DNA from: Sphingobacterium wenxiniae
GTDB lineage: Bacteria > Bacteroidota > Bacteroidia > Sphingobacteriales > Sphingobacteriaceae
Assembly (NCBI GenBank): GCA_040394995.1
Contig: JBEBRE010000004.1
Coordinates: 825 to 64,824, forward strand
Reading direction: 5' to 3'
DNA: 64,000 bases
Below, piece by piece: positions 8,409-18,642 of the stretch. The notes beneath the pieces are model-generated. The model was not told where the DNA came from. It saw only the letters and a list, made by a program, of their open reading frames with translations, and did not search any database. The translations under genes were made by a program, and so were the position numbers. Numbering within the stretch: the stretch's first letter is position 1; every line of letters begins with the position of its first letter.

Positions 8409-9047
8409 TCAGGAAAGCATATCTTTTAGACCGATAACTCTAATCCCCTCAGCACGATTTAGAGAGCCTTTGATCATTTCGCTTGCCAGTTTTGAGGTGC
8501 TGATGGCACGATATTTTTTCAAAAGTCCCAAGCGGTTCAGAAAAACAATAAGATTACCTGCAAATTTCTCCATAGGTCTATCGGTGCCGGGGCGAAGAAT
8601 CATTCCCGGTTGCAAAATAGTCAGCTGTTCAAACCCCAATTTTTTAATATTTTCTTCCAAGGTGCCTTTCATCCGATTGTAGAAAAACCGGGAATCTTCA
8701 GCCACCCCAACAGCAGAGAGCAAGATAAAATGTTTCACACCACTCTCCTGGCAGATTTTTGCAAAATGGAAGTTGTAATCGTGATCAACTTTCCATTGTG
8801 CTTCTTTGCTACCCGCATCTTTTAAGGTTGTTCCCAAACACGAAAAAGCCACATCTGCATTTATGCTATCGGCATAGTCACCTAATCGATCAAAGTCAAC
8901 AATGACTTCCTCCAATTTGGGGTGTGGTGAAAAATAGGATCGTCTCACCCAAACCACCATCTTCTCAAATCGGTTATCTTCCAACAATTGGGCAACCAAC
9001 TCCTTTCCTGTAGCGCCTGTCGCGCCAATGATTACGGCTTTTATCAT
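8409..9047 (-). CDS. NAD(P)-binding oxidoreductase (YraR/TIP30-like)
   Basis: IIGATGATG, FSCLGTT, VDHDY, YNRMKG. Confidence 0.88.
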   Translation of the reverse strand: MIKAVIIGATGATGKELVAQLLEDNRFEKMVVWVRRSYFSPHPKLEEVIVDFDRLGDYADSINADVAFSCLGTTLKDAGSKEAQWKVDHDYNFHFAKICQESGVKHFILLSAVGVAEDSRFFYNRMKGTLEENIKKLGFEQLTILQPGMILRPGTDRPMEKFAGNLIVFLNRLGLLKKYRAISTSKLASEMIKGSLNRAEGIRVIGLKDMLS

Positions 9048-9164
9048 ATTAGTATGCAAAATCAAAATATCTGGTTTTTTAATACTCACAGGAGACACAG
9101 AAATTTCTAAGATTCTGTGAAGATCTGTGAGATTCGGTGCCTTCTACAGTCCTAGAGTCTGACA

Positions 9165-10208
9165 CTAAAGCACTTCTATAACCGTTTCCTCCACTACCGG
9201 ATGTGAAACACAAATCAAGCACCTGCCATTTGCCACTTCCCGATCGGTTAAAACCTCATTATAGTCCATACGTACCGCACCGGAGATGCACTGTGACACG
9301 CAGGTACTACACATCCCTGATTTACAAGAATAGGGTAACCTGATCTTTTGTTCCAACCCCACATCCAAAATGGTCTTATCGTAGGGGATAATCAAATCAT
9401 ATTCCAGTCCTTGAAACCGCAACTTTACAGGATAGGATGTGGTGTCCACCGGTTCCTCTTCCCGCTCATCTTCATCTTCCTCCTCTTCGGGGAAGTGGAA
9501 AGTTTCTTTGCGAATGTCCTTTTCTGGAAACCCCATACCCAATAGGGTGAAACGTACCAAATCCATATAAAAGACAGGCCCACAAGTATAAAAAACAATA
9601 TTCCCATGTGCAGGCATATGTTTCTGAACAATGCGGATGAGGTACTCCCGATTTAGTCGGGCATTCATCAAATTCTTACTGTTGGAAAAAATCCAAACAA
9701 TATCCAAACGGTCGGGATAACGCGCTTGCCATTGCTGCAGTTCATCGTAAAACAATGTCCTTTCTACTGAGCTATTGCTATACACCAATACTACTTTCGA
9801 TTTCTGTTCAGCCACCAAAGCGGTTTTCAAGATAGCATACAAGGGTGTTACCCCCACTCCTGCTGCAAACAAGAATACCGTCCGATCCGCATCGGGTTCG
9901 GGTTCGTAATAAAACAATCCCTGTGGCTCTAAGACATCAATCACATCACCTATTTTTGTTTTATGATGCAACAATCTGGAAATCTCCCCATTATCCACTC
10001 TTTTGACCGTAATCGCTAACGGTTCGCCTATATCAGGGGAAGAACTAAAAGAATAGGAACGTCTTACTTCCCGTTCCCCAAACGTAAAAGAAACAGTTAA
10101 AAACTGGCCGGCTTTGTATTTAGGGTAGTTTCCCGACAAATCCTTAAAGGTGATCGTAACATTGTCATTCGGTTGGTATATGATATCAGAGATTTCAAAT
10201 TTGTACAT
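9165..10208 (-). CDS. Flavin/2Fe-2S oxidoreductase (PaaE-like ferredoxin-NAD(P) reductase)
   Basis: RSYS FAD motif, AAGVGVTP, CGP, C-terminal SCKSGMCSTC...C ferredoxin. Confidence 0.92.
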   Translation of the reverse strand: MYKFEISDIIYQPNDNVTITFKDLSGNYPKYKAGQFLTVSFTFGEREVRRSYSFSSSPDIGEPLAITVKRVDNGEISRLLHHKTKIGDVIDVLEPQGLFYYEPEPDADRTVFLFAAGVGVTPLYAILKTALVAEQKSKVVLVYSNSSVERTLFYDELQQWQARYPDRLDIVWIFSNSKNLMNARLNREYLIRIVQKHMPAHGNIVFYTCGPVFYMDLVRFTLLGMGFPEKDIRKETFHFPEEEEDEDEREEEPVDTTSYPVKLRFQGLEYDLIIPYDKTILDVGLEQKIRLPYSCKSGMCSTCVSQCISGAVRMDYNEVLTDREVANGRCLICVSHPVVEETVIEVL

Positions 10209-10287
10209 TCTCTAAATTAAAAAGTAAAAATCAAAAAGTCAAAAAGGACACAAGCAAACTCCCTTATCCTTAGCAAATATGCTCATG

Positions 10288-10323
10288 AAAAAAAATCCTG
10301 ACAATTTGTTATTGCCAGGATTT
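10288..10323 (-). terminator. Intrinsic terminator after infB
   Basis: ATCCTGGCAAT-loop-ATTGTCAGGAT followed by a T run. Confidence 0.8.
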
Positions 10324-10346
10324 AATCATACGAAGAAAACGATTTT

Positions 10347-13292
10347 TTACAGTTTACGTTTTACTTCCACTTGCTCGTAGGCTTCCACAATGTCGCCTAC
10401 TTCAATATCGTTGAAACGGTCAATATTCAGACCACACTCATAACCTTGTGCAACTTCTTTCACATCGTCTTTAAAGCGCTTCAGTGAAGCCAATTTGCCC
10501 GTATGGATAACGACTCCGTCACGAATAACACGTACGTCATTGTTGCGGTTGATTTTGCCTTCACGTACCATACATCCAGCAATGGTACCCACTTTTGAAA
10601 TCTTAAAGGTTTCGCGGATTTCAACTTCTGCCACGATCTTTTCTTCAAACTTAGGTGCCAACATTCCTTCCATCGCCGATTTCAATTCTTCGATCGCATC
10701 ATAGATAATAGAGTACAGACGGATATCGATTTGCTCGTTTTCAGCCAGCTTTTTCGCACCCTGCGTTGGACGGACTTGGAAACCGATAATCACCGCGTCT
10801 GAAGCTGAAGCCAACAATACATCCGACTCAGAGATAGCGCCCACAGATTTGTGAATAACATTCACTTGAATCTCGTCTGTAGACAATTTCAGTAATGAGT
10901 CTGACAAGGCCTCAATAGAACCATCCACATCTCCTTTAACGATAACGTTAAGTTCTTTGAAATTTCCGATAGCCAAACGACGACCAATTTCATCCAAGGT
11001 AATATGCTTGGTGGCACGCATGCCTTGTTCGCGTTGCAACTGCAAGCGTTTGCTAGCCACTTGACGAGCTTCTGTTTCCGTTTCCATCACGTAAAGCTTG
11101 TCTCCTGCTGTCGGTGCGCCTGACATACCTAAAATCTGCACCGGCACAGAAGGCCCCGCTTCTTTAACACGCTCGCCCCTTTCGTTGGTCAAAGCCTTAA
11201 CTTTACCCGAGTGCGATCCTGCCAAAATAGGGTCTCCCACACGTAAAGTACCGCCTTGAACCAATACTGTCGTGACAATACCGCGCCCTTTATCTAAAGC
11301 AGCTTCAATCACAGAACCTACAGCACGTTTCTTAGGATCGGCTTTTAATTCGAGTAATTCAGCTTCCAAAAGCACTTTTTCTAATAACAAGTCTACATTT
11401 TCACCTGTTTTGGCCGATATTTCCTGAGCTTGGTATTTACCGCCCCAATCTTCCACCAAAATATTCATGGCCGATAGTTGCTCACGAATCTTGTCAGCAT
11501 TTGCTCCCGGTTTATCAACCTTGGTAAAAGCAAATACGATCGGTGAACCAGCTGCTTGCGCATGGTTGATTGCTTCTCTCGTCTGGGGCATCACTGCGTC
11601 GTCAGCTGCAATTACAATAATGACAATATCCGTCACTTTAGCACCACGTGCACGCATCGCCGTAAAGGCTTCGTGACCTGGGGTATCCAAGAATGTGATT
11701 TGACGGCCATCGTCCAATTTAACCGCATAGGCCCCAATGTGCTGGGTAATTCCCCCGGCTTCACCTTTGGTGACATTCGCTTTACGGATATAGTCCAACA
11801 AGGAGGTCTTACCGTGGTCAACGTGTCCCATGACCGTAACAATCGGAGCACGCGGAACAAGGTTTGCTTCATTGTCTGATTCTTCTAGCTCGGTAATTTC
11901 TTCGTCTTCAGGTTTGATAAACTCAACTTGGTAGCCAAATTCATCGGCTACGATAGCAAGAGTTTCTGCATCCAAACGTTGGTTGATGGAAACAAACATG
12001 CCCAAACTCATACAAGTAGAGATAATCTGTGTCACCGGCACGTCCATGAGGTTTGCCAACTCATTTGCAGTCACAAACTCGGTCACACGTAAAATTTTGG
12101 ATTGTGCCGCTTCTTCCAAAGCAGCTTCCTCAGCAGAATGTGCGATATCATCACGCTTCTGACGGCGTAATTTAGCTCGTTGGGCAAATTTACCCGACTT
12201 GCCCGCACCGCTTAAACGTGCTAATGTAGCTTTGATTTGATCTTGTATTTCTTTTTCTGAAGGTTCTTCTTTTGGAGCCTCTTGATGACGGCCTTTACCT
12301 TTATGGTCATGACGACCTTTGCCCCCCGCCTGTTGCTGGTGGCCTCCTTGACGGTTATGCGGATGCTGCCCACCTTTGTTGAAGCCTCCTTTTTCACCAC
12401 CAATCTTACCTTCTACAGCATTCGGATTGACGGGAGCATTTTTATTTGAACGCTTACGCTTCCGTTTGCTATCATTGTTTGCGGCGTTTGATGAAGAAGC
12501 CACGGGCTTGTTCGAACGCTCTACAGGGAGCTGAATCTTACCGATAACTTTAGGCCCTGTTAATGTTTCTGAGCGCGCGCGGATAACATCATCTTGATGA
12601 GGTTCAGGCATGGCAACAGGTTTTTCAGGAACTGCTGGCGAAGGTTTCTCCTCTTTGGGCGCCTCCGGTTCCGAAGCAATCGCTTTATCTTCTTTGATCC
12701 CAACTACTTCTTCCGGCTTAGGTTGTTCAACCACCTTTTCCGTTTTTGCTTCAGGAATTTCCACAGTTTCTTCTGAAACAACCGGCACTCTTTCTTCCTC
12801 TTTGGCTTCTGCCGGAGTGGGAGGAGTGCTTTCGATTTTCTCTTCTTGAGGTTCTACTTTCTTGGATTTGCCTCTATTCAGACTGTCTAAATCTATTTTC
12901 CCTACAACCTTCAAATGTCCATGCTCTTCCTTCGGTTCAGGGGTTACAGCAGGTGTATCAGCAGTATGGCCTTTAATTAGAATTTCTTTATTGTCCGTAT
13001 CACGTTCTTCAAGAAGGTCTATATGAGATTCATCAGCATTAGCTCCACCTGTTCCAGCAGCCGACTCCTCACGACGAATTTTACCGATAATGATTTGTTT
13101 TGCTTCGTCCTTTACGATTTTGTCTCCTTGGAATTCTTTCAAAAGAGCAGAATACATATCTGGAGACAACTTGGTGCTTGGTTTTGAATCTACCTCAAAG
13201 CCTTTCTTCACCAAGAAGTCAACAGCTGTACCTATCCCAATGTTGAGTTCTTTTGCTGCCTTTAGCAAGTTTACGCTTTTTCCTTCTGTCAT
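10347..13292 (-). CDS. infB: Translation initiation factor IF-2
   Basis: GHVDHGKT, GGITQHIGAY, DTPGHEAF; follows nusA. Confidence 0.99.
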   Translation of the reverse strand: MTEGKSVNLLKAAKELNIGIGTAVDFLVKKGFEVDSKPSTKLSPDMYSALLKEFQGDKIVKDEAKQIIIGKIRREESAAGTGGANADESHIDLLEERDTDNKEILIKGHTADTPAVTPEPKEEHGHLKVVGKIDLDSLNRGKSKKVEPQEEKIESTPPTPAEAKEEERVPVVSEETVEIPEAKTEKVVEQPKPEEVVGIKEDKAIASEPEAPKEEKPSPAVPEKPVAMPEPHQDDVIRARSETLTGPKVIGKIQLPVERSNKPVASSSNAANNDSKRKRKRSNKNAPVNPNAVEGKIGGEKGGFNKGGQHPHNRQGGHQQQAGGKGRHDHKGKGRHQEAPKEEPSEKEIQDQIKATLARLSGAGKSGKFAQRAKLRRQKRDDIAHSAEEAALEEAAQSKILRVTEFVTANELANLMDVPVTQIISTCMSLGMFVSINQRLDAETLAIVADEFGYQVEFIKPEDEEITELEESDNEANLVPRAPIVTVMGHVDHGKTSLLDYIRKANVTKGEAGGITQHIGAYAVKLDDGRQITFLDTPGHEAFTAMRARGAKVTDIVIIVIAADDAVMPQTREAINHAQAAGSPIVFAFTKVDKPGANADKIREQLSAMNILVEDWGGKYQAQEISAKTGENVDLLLEKVLLEAELLELKADPKKRAVGSVIEAALDKGRGIVTTVLVQGGTLRVGDPILAGSHSGKVKALTNERGERVKEAGPSVPVQILGMSGAPTAGDKLYVMETETEARQVASKRLQLQREQGMRATKHITLDEIGRRLAIGNFKELNVIVKGDVDGSIEALSDSLLKLSTDEIQVNVIHKSVGAISESDVLLASASDAVIIGFQVRPTQGAKKLAENEQIDIRLYSIIYDAIEELKSAMEGMLAPKFEEKIVAEVEIRETFKISKVGTIAGCMVREGKINRNNDVRVIRDGVVIHTGKLASLKRFKDDVKEVAQGYECGLNIDRFNDIEVGDIVEAYEQVEVKRKL

Positions 13293-13398
13293 CTATTTAT
13301 TTACCTTCTATTATTTTGTGTTACAAAAATATGTTTTTTTACACTGAAAAAACAATTTAACGTTCAATTGTTTTTCCAGTGCATGATCCTGCAAAAGC

Positions 13399-14637
13399 CT
13401 ATTCAAATTCGGCCTGTAGGATACGAACAATCTCTTGGATGGTATCTTCTTCTAAATCAGTCCTTCTTACCAATTCTTCTTGGCTAAGGGCTAATACAGA
13501 TTTTGCTGTATCCAAACCAACACGCTTTAGTTCGTCAATGATCCAGCTATCGATTTCGTCTGCGAATTCTTCGATGTCTACATCCTCCTCCACTTCGTCG
13601 TTTTCACGGTAAACATCGATTTCGTAGCCGGTCAGTTTTCCGGCGAGTTTAATATTATGTCCACCTCGACCAATGGCCAACGATACCTGATCTGGCTTCA
13701 AATATACGGCTGCCGTCTTGTTTTCTTCGTCGATCTTAATAGACGAAATACGGGCAGGACTCAAAGCGCGGGTGATGTACAATGAATTGTTCAACGTGAA
13801 GTTAATCACATCAATATTTTCATTGCGCAACTCGCGAACAATACCGTGTATACGGGAACCCTTCATCCCCACACATGCGCCTACGGGATCAATACGATCA
13901 TCATAGGATTCCACAGCGACCTTGGCACGTTCTCCCGGTTCACGCACAATTTTTTTAATCGTGATCAGACCGTCGAAAATTTCAGGTACCTCTAGCTCAA
14001 ACAAGCGTTGCAAAAATTCCGGAGCTGTACGGGAAATGATGATTTTCGGATTGTTGTTCATCATGTCCACTTTATGTACGACTGCGCGGATGCTATCTCC
14101 TTTTTTGAAATAATCAGCCGGAATCTGTTCGGATTTAGGCAAAATCAATTCATTTCCATCTTCATCCAACACCAAAATCTCCTTTTTCCAAATCTGGTAG
14201 ACCTCACCTATCACCAATTCACCTTCACGATCTTTGTACTTCTTAAAGACTTCATCTTTTTCCAGTTCCAGAATCTTGGACACCAATGTTTGGCGAGCGG
14301 CCAAAATAGCACGACGGCCAAAGCTTTCCAACGTAATCTGTTCGATGTAATCATCGCCTACTTCCAAATCCGGATCATATTGATGTGCCTCGGCCAACTC
14401 GATTTCCAAATCGTCATCTTCCGAAAAGCCATCCTCCATGACGACACGCGTTCTCCAAATTTCCAAGTCACCGTTATCCGGGTTAACAATCACGTCGACG
14501 TTTTCGTCTGTACCGTAACGTTTGCGAATCATACTACGGAAAACCTCTTCCAAGACACTGATAACTGTTGGGCGATCGATATTTTTAAATTCTTTAAACT
14601 CTTGAAAAGAATCGATCAAATTGATATTGCTGCTCAT
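13399..14637 (-). CDS. nusA: Transcription termination/antitermination factor NusA
   Basis: EVPEI, REPGERAKVAV, DPVGACVG, AIGRGG. Confidence 0.99.
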   Translation of the reverse strand: MSSNINLIDSFQEFKEFKNIDRPTVISVLEEVFRSMIRKRYGTDENVDVIVNPDNGDLEIWRTRVVMEDGFSEDDDLEIELAEAHQYDPDLEVGDDYIEQITLESFGRRAILAARQTLVSKILELEKDEVFKKYKDREGELVIGEVYQIWKKEILVLDEDGNELILPKSEQIPADYFKKGDSIRAVVHKVDMMNNNPKIIISRTAPEFLQRLFELEVPEIFDGLITIKKIVREPGERAKVAVESYDDRIDPVGACVGMKGSRIHGIVRELRNENIDVINFTLNNSLYITRALSPARISSIKIDEENKTAAVYLKPDQVSLAIGRGGHNIKLAGKLTGYEIDVYRENDEVEEDVDIEEFADEIDSWIIDELKRVGLDTAKSVLALSQEELVRRTDLEEDTIQEIVRILQAEFE

Positions 14638-14638
14638 T

Positions 14639-15103
14639 TTATTTAAATGAAATTAACACCTTAGTTTCTACTATATTTTCAAAAGGAATGACAACCGTTT
14701 GTTCGGCAGCTTTCTTTCCTTTTTCTTTCACTTTTTCTGTTATCGTAATCCCCGTTTCGGAAACTTCGATCAATTTTCCCTCACGCTTCTCCTGTTCAGC
14801 GGTGGTCACGCGAACGCTACGACCGATATTCTTAAGGTATTGGCGATGCATCAAAAGAGGGGTATCGATACCCGGCGAGGAGACCTCAAGTCTGTAAGCA
14901 CGATCGATCACATTTTCCTCTTCCAAATGAAATCCCACATGACGGCTAATCTGCACGCAATCTTCAATAGCAATGCCATGATCACCGTCCATTAAGATCT
15001 CCAAAACGCCATTGCTGTGCATTTTGATGCGCACGATAAACAAGTCCGCCCGATCGGCAATCTTTTCTTCTACCAATGCGCGGACCCTATCTTCTACTTG
15101 CAT
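14639..15103 (-). CDS. rimP: Ribosome maturation factor RimP
   Basis: IEDCVQISR, LEVSSPG; first gene of rimP-nusA-infB. Confidence 0.96.
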   Translation of the reverse strand: MQVEDRVRALVEEKIADRADLFIVRIKMHSNGVLEILMDGDHGIAIEDCVQISRHVGFHLEEENVIDRAYRLEVSSPGIDTPLLMHRQYLKNIGRSVRVTTAEQEKREGKLIEVSETGITITEKVKEKGKKAAEQTVVIPFENIVETKVLISFK

Positions 15104-15124
15104 ATTAATATTCAATAAAGAATT

Positions 15125-15150
15125 AAAAAAGGGGGCATACCATGCCCCCT
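15125..15150 (-). terminator. Attenuator-like terminator in the rimP 5' leader
   Basis: AGGGGGCAT-GGT-ATGCCCCCT followed by a T run, between promoter and rimP start. Confidence 0.75.
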
Positions 15151-15165
15151 CTTATTCAGATAGCA

Positions 15166-15197
15166 CAAAGGTATACATAATTTTCCAAACGAACAAA
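15166..15197 (-). promoter_or_regulatory. Promoter of rimP-nusA-infB
   Basis: TTTG(15197-15194)-N20-TACCTTTG(15173-15166). Confidence 0.8.
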
Positions 15198-15286
15198 TTT
15201 ACAACACAGTAATACGGTGTTAATGAAAGAATTTGTTTTTTCAACAGTTTTACATTATATTTAAACAGTATTATAAACGACACATT

Positions 15287-15667
15287 ATGCACACCGAAAC
15301 GGAATACCTCATTTGGGATAAGATTGTCAAAAGTGCGCGACAAAGAGTTGATTTAAAATCGTATGGCGAAAAAGCAGAAAAAATCACACCCGAGATTTTA
15401 GACACATTGATTTTGCACATCATTGCGGCCTTTGCTTCGGGTGAAGAACACAGTACTATTTCTACCAATCTCCATAACGAACTGCATCACATCGGCGTAG
15501 ATGTTTATGAAGAAACGATTGATAAAATCATTTCGGACAAACACGTTGTTTTCAGTGCGGAAATCTATGCGGCCTATCTCACCTTTTCGATGCTGGAAGA
15601 TGGATATAGCGAAGAAGAGGTGCTTAGTTGTGTCACAGATTTACTCGACACACCAAAAATCCATTAA
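15287..15667 (+). CDS. Hypothetical acidic protein
   Basis: Fills the gap divergent from rimP; ATG at 15287 in an A-rich context. Confidence 0.7.
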   Translation: MHTETEYLIWDKIVKSARQRVDLKSYGEKAEKITPEILDTLILHIIAAFASGEEHSTISTNLHNELHHIGVDVYEETIDKIISDKHVVFSAEIYAAYLTFSMLEDGYSEEEVLSCVTDLLDTPKIH

Positions 15668-15728
15668 ATGCTTGGGGCTGGAGGTAGATAACCATTCCAG
15701 AAAAAACATGCTTCATTATGGCGACCTA

Positions 15729-16739
15729 TTATAAAGACATTTTGGAAATAATACCGTCACTACTCGCTAAATAGACAGTTTTATTAGATTTGTCTTTGGA
15801 AAGCACATTATAGCTTTCTTTAGAGATATTTTTCCATGTTTTTCCACCATCGCATGAAATATCCGTACCGGATGTTCCGGTGGCAACCAAGACGTCCTTT
15901 GTCATGTATTTCACACACGATCGGTAGCCACCGACCGGCATGATGGGCACCGTCCAATTCTGTCCTCCGTCATAGGTTAAGAAGACATTATTGCTATTGT
16001 CTGTGTCATTCATATAGTCACCTCCAACCACTACTCCCACATTGTCATCATAAAAATCTATCGAAAAAATCCCCTTGCTGGATACACCCTGCTGTATAGG
16101 ACAAGGCATTTTGAACATCGTCCGTTTCCTTTCATTTCTCCTAAACAGATTTGCCGACGCACCCCCCGTCCCAAGCCAAACATTATGACGCAGATACAGC
16201 ACGGAGGTGCCACTTGCCGCAAAAGCAGCTTCACCTTCATCCGCAAAGAAAAACATGAAATTGGAGACATCCTTCCATGTTTTGCCTTTATCCTTGCTTT
16301 GCAATTGCTGAAACAAGCCGTCTATCGGATCACCGATGACAAATCCTTCGCTTCCCTTGAAATCCATGCCGTCTAAAAAAATATCCGGACGTTCATCTCT
16401 ATACACTTCCTGCCAAGATCGGCCACCATCCGACGTTCTCAGCATCACTGCCGGGCTACCCGCGCTTAAAACCAAAACTTCTTTTTCATTGAACACCTCA
16501 ATATCCCGAAAGTCAAAATCTTCATATCCCACCGGCGATACCCATTCCCAAGTTTGGCCTTTGTCTGCTGATTTTCCAACAGTTCCTTTTGAACCGCTTA
16601 CCCAGATACAGTGATTTTTATAGCTTTCCAATCCCCGAAAGCTCACGTCTTCCTTTTGGATCAATGGTACAATGTTTTGCGCATGTGTAGCAATGGCAAT
16701 ACATAAAAAACAAAGAAGAAGTGTTTTTTTGAAATGCAT
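15729..16739 (-). CDS. Secreted BNR/Asp-box beta-propeller protein (Ycf48-like)
   Basis: Signal peptide; repeated S/TxDGGxTW Asp-boxes. Confidence 0.85.
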   Translation of the reverse strand: MHFKKTLLLCFLCIAIATHAQNIVPLIQKEDVSFRGLESYKNHCIWVSGSKGTVGKSADKGQTWEWVSPVGYEDFDFRDIEVFNEKEVLVLSAGSPAVMLRTSDGGRSWQEVYRDERPDIFLDGMDFKGSEGFVIGDPIDGLFQQLQSKDKGKTWKDVSNFMFFFADEGEAAFAASGTSVLYLRHNVWLGTGGASANLFRRNERKRTMFKMPCPIQQGVSSKGIFSIDFYDDNVGVVVGGDYMNDTDNSNNVFLTYDGGQNWTVPIMPVGGYRSCVKYMTKDVLVATGTSGTDISCDGGKTWKNISKESYNVLSKDKSNKTVYLASSDGIISKMSL

Positions 16740-16782
16740 GTATAAATGGTTATATAAAATGCAGGAAACGCTCCTCATTTTG

Positions 16783-17427
16783 CTATTTGCTATTGATATT
16801 TGCTTGGCCTTCTCTACCGGGCGAACCGGAATAAATCTGTCCTTGCGGTATACCTCTTAGTCCCGAAGGCGCTGTGGCAATCCTCGAATAAATCTGATTG
16901 AGATCCGTGGTTGGGTTTATTGTTCTTCCACCGGCCGAAACATCAATGAATACGTAGTTTTTGGCTTTTTTATCTGCTGTCTGTGGCATGATGCCCTGTG
17001 AATCGTAAGTGAAGTTAACTGTACCGCCGTCACCGTTCGGATATGTTTTCGTACCATTCATGGCATCCAATCCACGTGCGATGACGTACAACGAACCCAG
17101 TTTCTGCAAATGGATGTCAATGTCGAAGTTGGAGGCATTATTTTCTCCACCTACACCGCTGATAAAAGCCTTATCCCCTATCTCCGCATATTTCACGACC
17201 AATTTCACGTTTTTCTTGCCGAAAAACTGCAAGGAAGATCGGTCTTTCATAATGAGCGTATCAATATACAACACTGATGTGGAATCGCGATGACGATCTT
17301 GAAAGATTTTTTTTTCTTTTTTACGCAACTCCAGTTTTGATATATGTTGTTCTCCTGCTTGGCCAAACGACTGTATCGAAATCCCCAAAAGCAAGAAGCT
17401 TATATAAATTAACTTTTTCATGGCCAT
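16783..17427 (-). CDS. Secreted hypothetical protein
   Basis: MKK signal peptide, Gly-rich segments; co-oriented with neighbours. Confidence 0.7.
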   Translation of the reverse strand: MAMKKLIYISFLLLGISIQSFGQAGEQHISKLELRKKEKKIFQDRHRDSTSVLYIDTLIMKDRSSLQFFGKKNVKLVVKYAEIGDKAFISGVGGENNASNFDIDIHLQKLGSLYVIARGLDAMNGTKTYPNGDGGTVNFTYDSQGIMPQTADKKAKNYVFIDVSAGGRTINPTTDLNQIYSRIATAPSGLRGIPQGQIYSGSPGREGQANINSK

Positions 17428-17488
17428 TCTCTTTTTGTATGGTATCTTTTATTGGAATACCAATATAACAAAAAAGTTTAACGAATGT

Positions 17489-18598
17489 TTATGATAAATA
17501 AGATACGATGCGTTTTGCCACTTTTTCAGAAGCCCCTGGAGTCCCAAGCTTTTCTTCTAGAATATCGTAGTTTTCCATCACGCTTGCACGATGTTCTTGG
17601 TTGTTGAGAAGCAAATCAAGTTCATCAGCAATATTTCGGGAAGTGCAGTCTTGCTGTATAAGTTCTCTAACAGAAAGGAAACCGTTGATAAGATTGACCA
17701 AAGAAATAAATTCTACCTTTATTACCAATCGAGCAATCATGACCGATAACTTATTGGCCTTATATACCACAACCTGTGGTACTTTAAGAATACCGGTTTC
17801 CAAGGTAGCCGTACCGCTGGTGACTACGGCTGCGTCGGCATGCTTCAGCAGATCATACGTTTGGTCGAACACAACGGGAATGGGCAGATCGCCAATATAG
17901 GATTTATAAAAACTTTCCTCAAAATTGGGCGCTCCTCCGATAACGAACTGATGGGCGGGAAACAAGAAATACAAATGGACCATGATGGGAAGGAGCTTCT
18001 CAATTTCCATCTTCCGGCTTCCGGGCAACAAAGCAATGATGGGCCGATCATTCAATCCATTATCTTTTTTGAAATCGGGATTAAAACGATAGCTCGCAAT
18101 GGCATCTAGCAACGGGTTTCCAACATAATCTACCTTATAGTTGAACTTCTTATAAAAATCAACCTCAAAAGGCAGAATACAGAACATATGGTCTACTACT
18201 TTTTTGATCTTGTGCACGCGCCCTTGGTTCCATGCCCATATCTTAGGAGAAATATAATAGCAGACTTTTACACCGTGTTTTTTGGCAAAAGAGGCGATTT
18301 TCAGGTTGAATCCGGGAAAGTCGATTAATATCAGCACATCGGGTCGATATTTTAAGATATCTTTCTTCACCAATTGGAGGTTTTTCTTGATCTTGCCTAA
18401 GTTTTTGAGGACTTCCACAAAGCCCATAAAAGCCATTTCAGAAGTGTGTATAAGAGGCTCTTCCGCGGCAACAGAGGTCATTCGGTCGCCACCTACAATA
18501 CGAAACGAAGCATCTGCATCTTCCCTCTTTAAAGCCTTTATCAAATTTGCGCCATGCAGATCTCCTGATGTTTCACCGGCAATAAGATAGTATTTCAT
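17489..18598 (-). CDS. lpxB: Lipid-A-disaccharide synthase
   Basis: IAGETSGDLHG, IDFPGFN, YYISPKIWAW, LLPGSR, SGTATLE. Confidence 0.97.
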   Translation of the reverse strand: MKYYLIAGETSGDLHGANLIKALKREDADASFRIVGGDRMTSVAAEEPLIHTSEMAFMGFVEVLKNLGKIKKNLQLVKKDILKYRPDVLILIDFPGFNLKIASFAKKHGVKVCYYISPKIWAWNQGRVHKIKKVVDHMFCILPFEVDFYKKFNYKVDYVGNPLLDAIASYRFNPDFKKDNGLNDRPIIALLPGSRKMEIEKLLPIMVHLYFLFPAHQFVIGGAPNFEESFYKSYIGDLPIPVVFDQTYDLLKHADAAVVTSGTATLETGILKVPQVVVYKANKLSVMIARLVIKVEFISLVNLINGFLSVRELIQQDCTSRNIADELDLLLNNQEHRASVMENYDILEEKLGTPGASEKVAKRIVSYLS

Positions 18599-18642
18599 AT
18601 CCCGTAAAATTAGGAAAAATAAAGTGGTTTCGTAAAGTGTAT

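Noticed and set aside
9086-9131. CACAG...CTGTG hairpin repeats
   Set aside because: Short and degenerate; at most a repeat remnant, no function supportable
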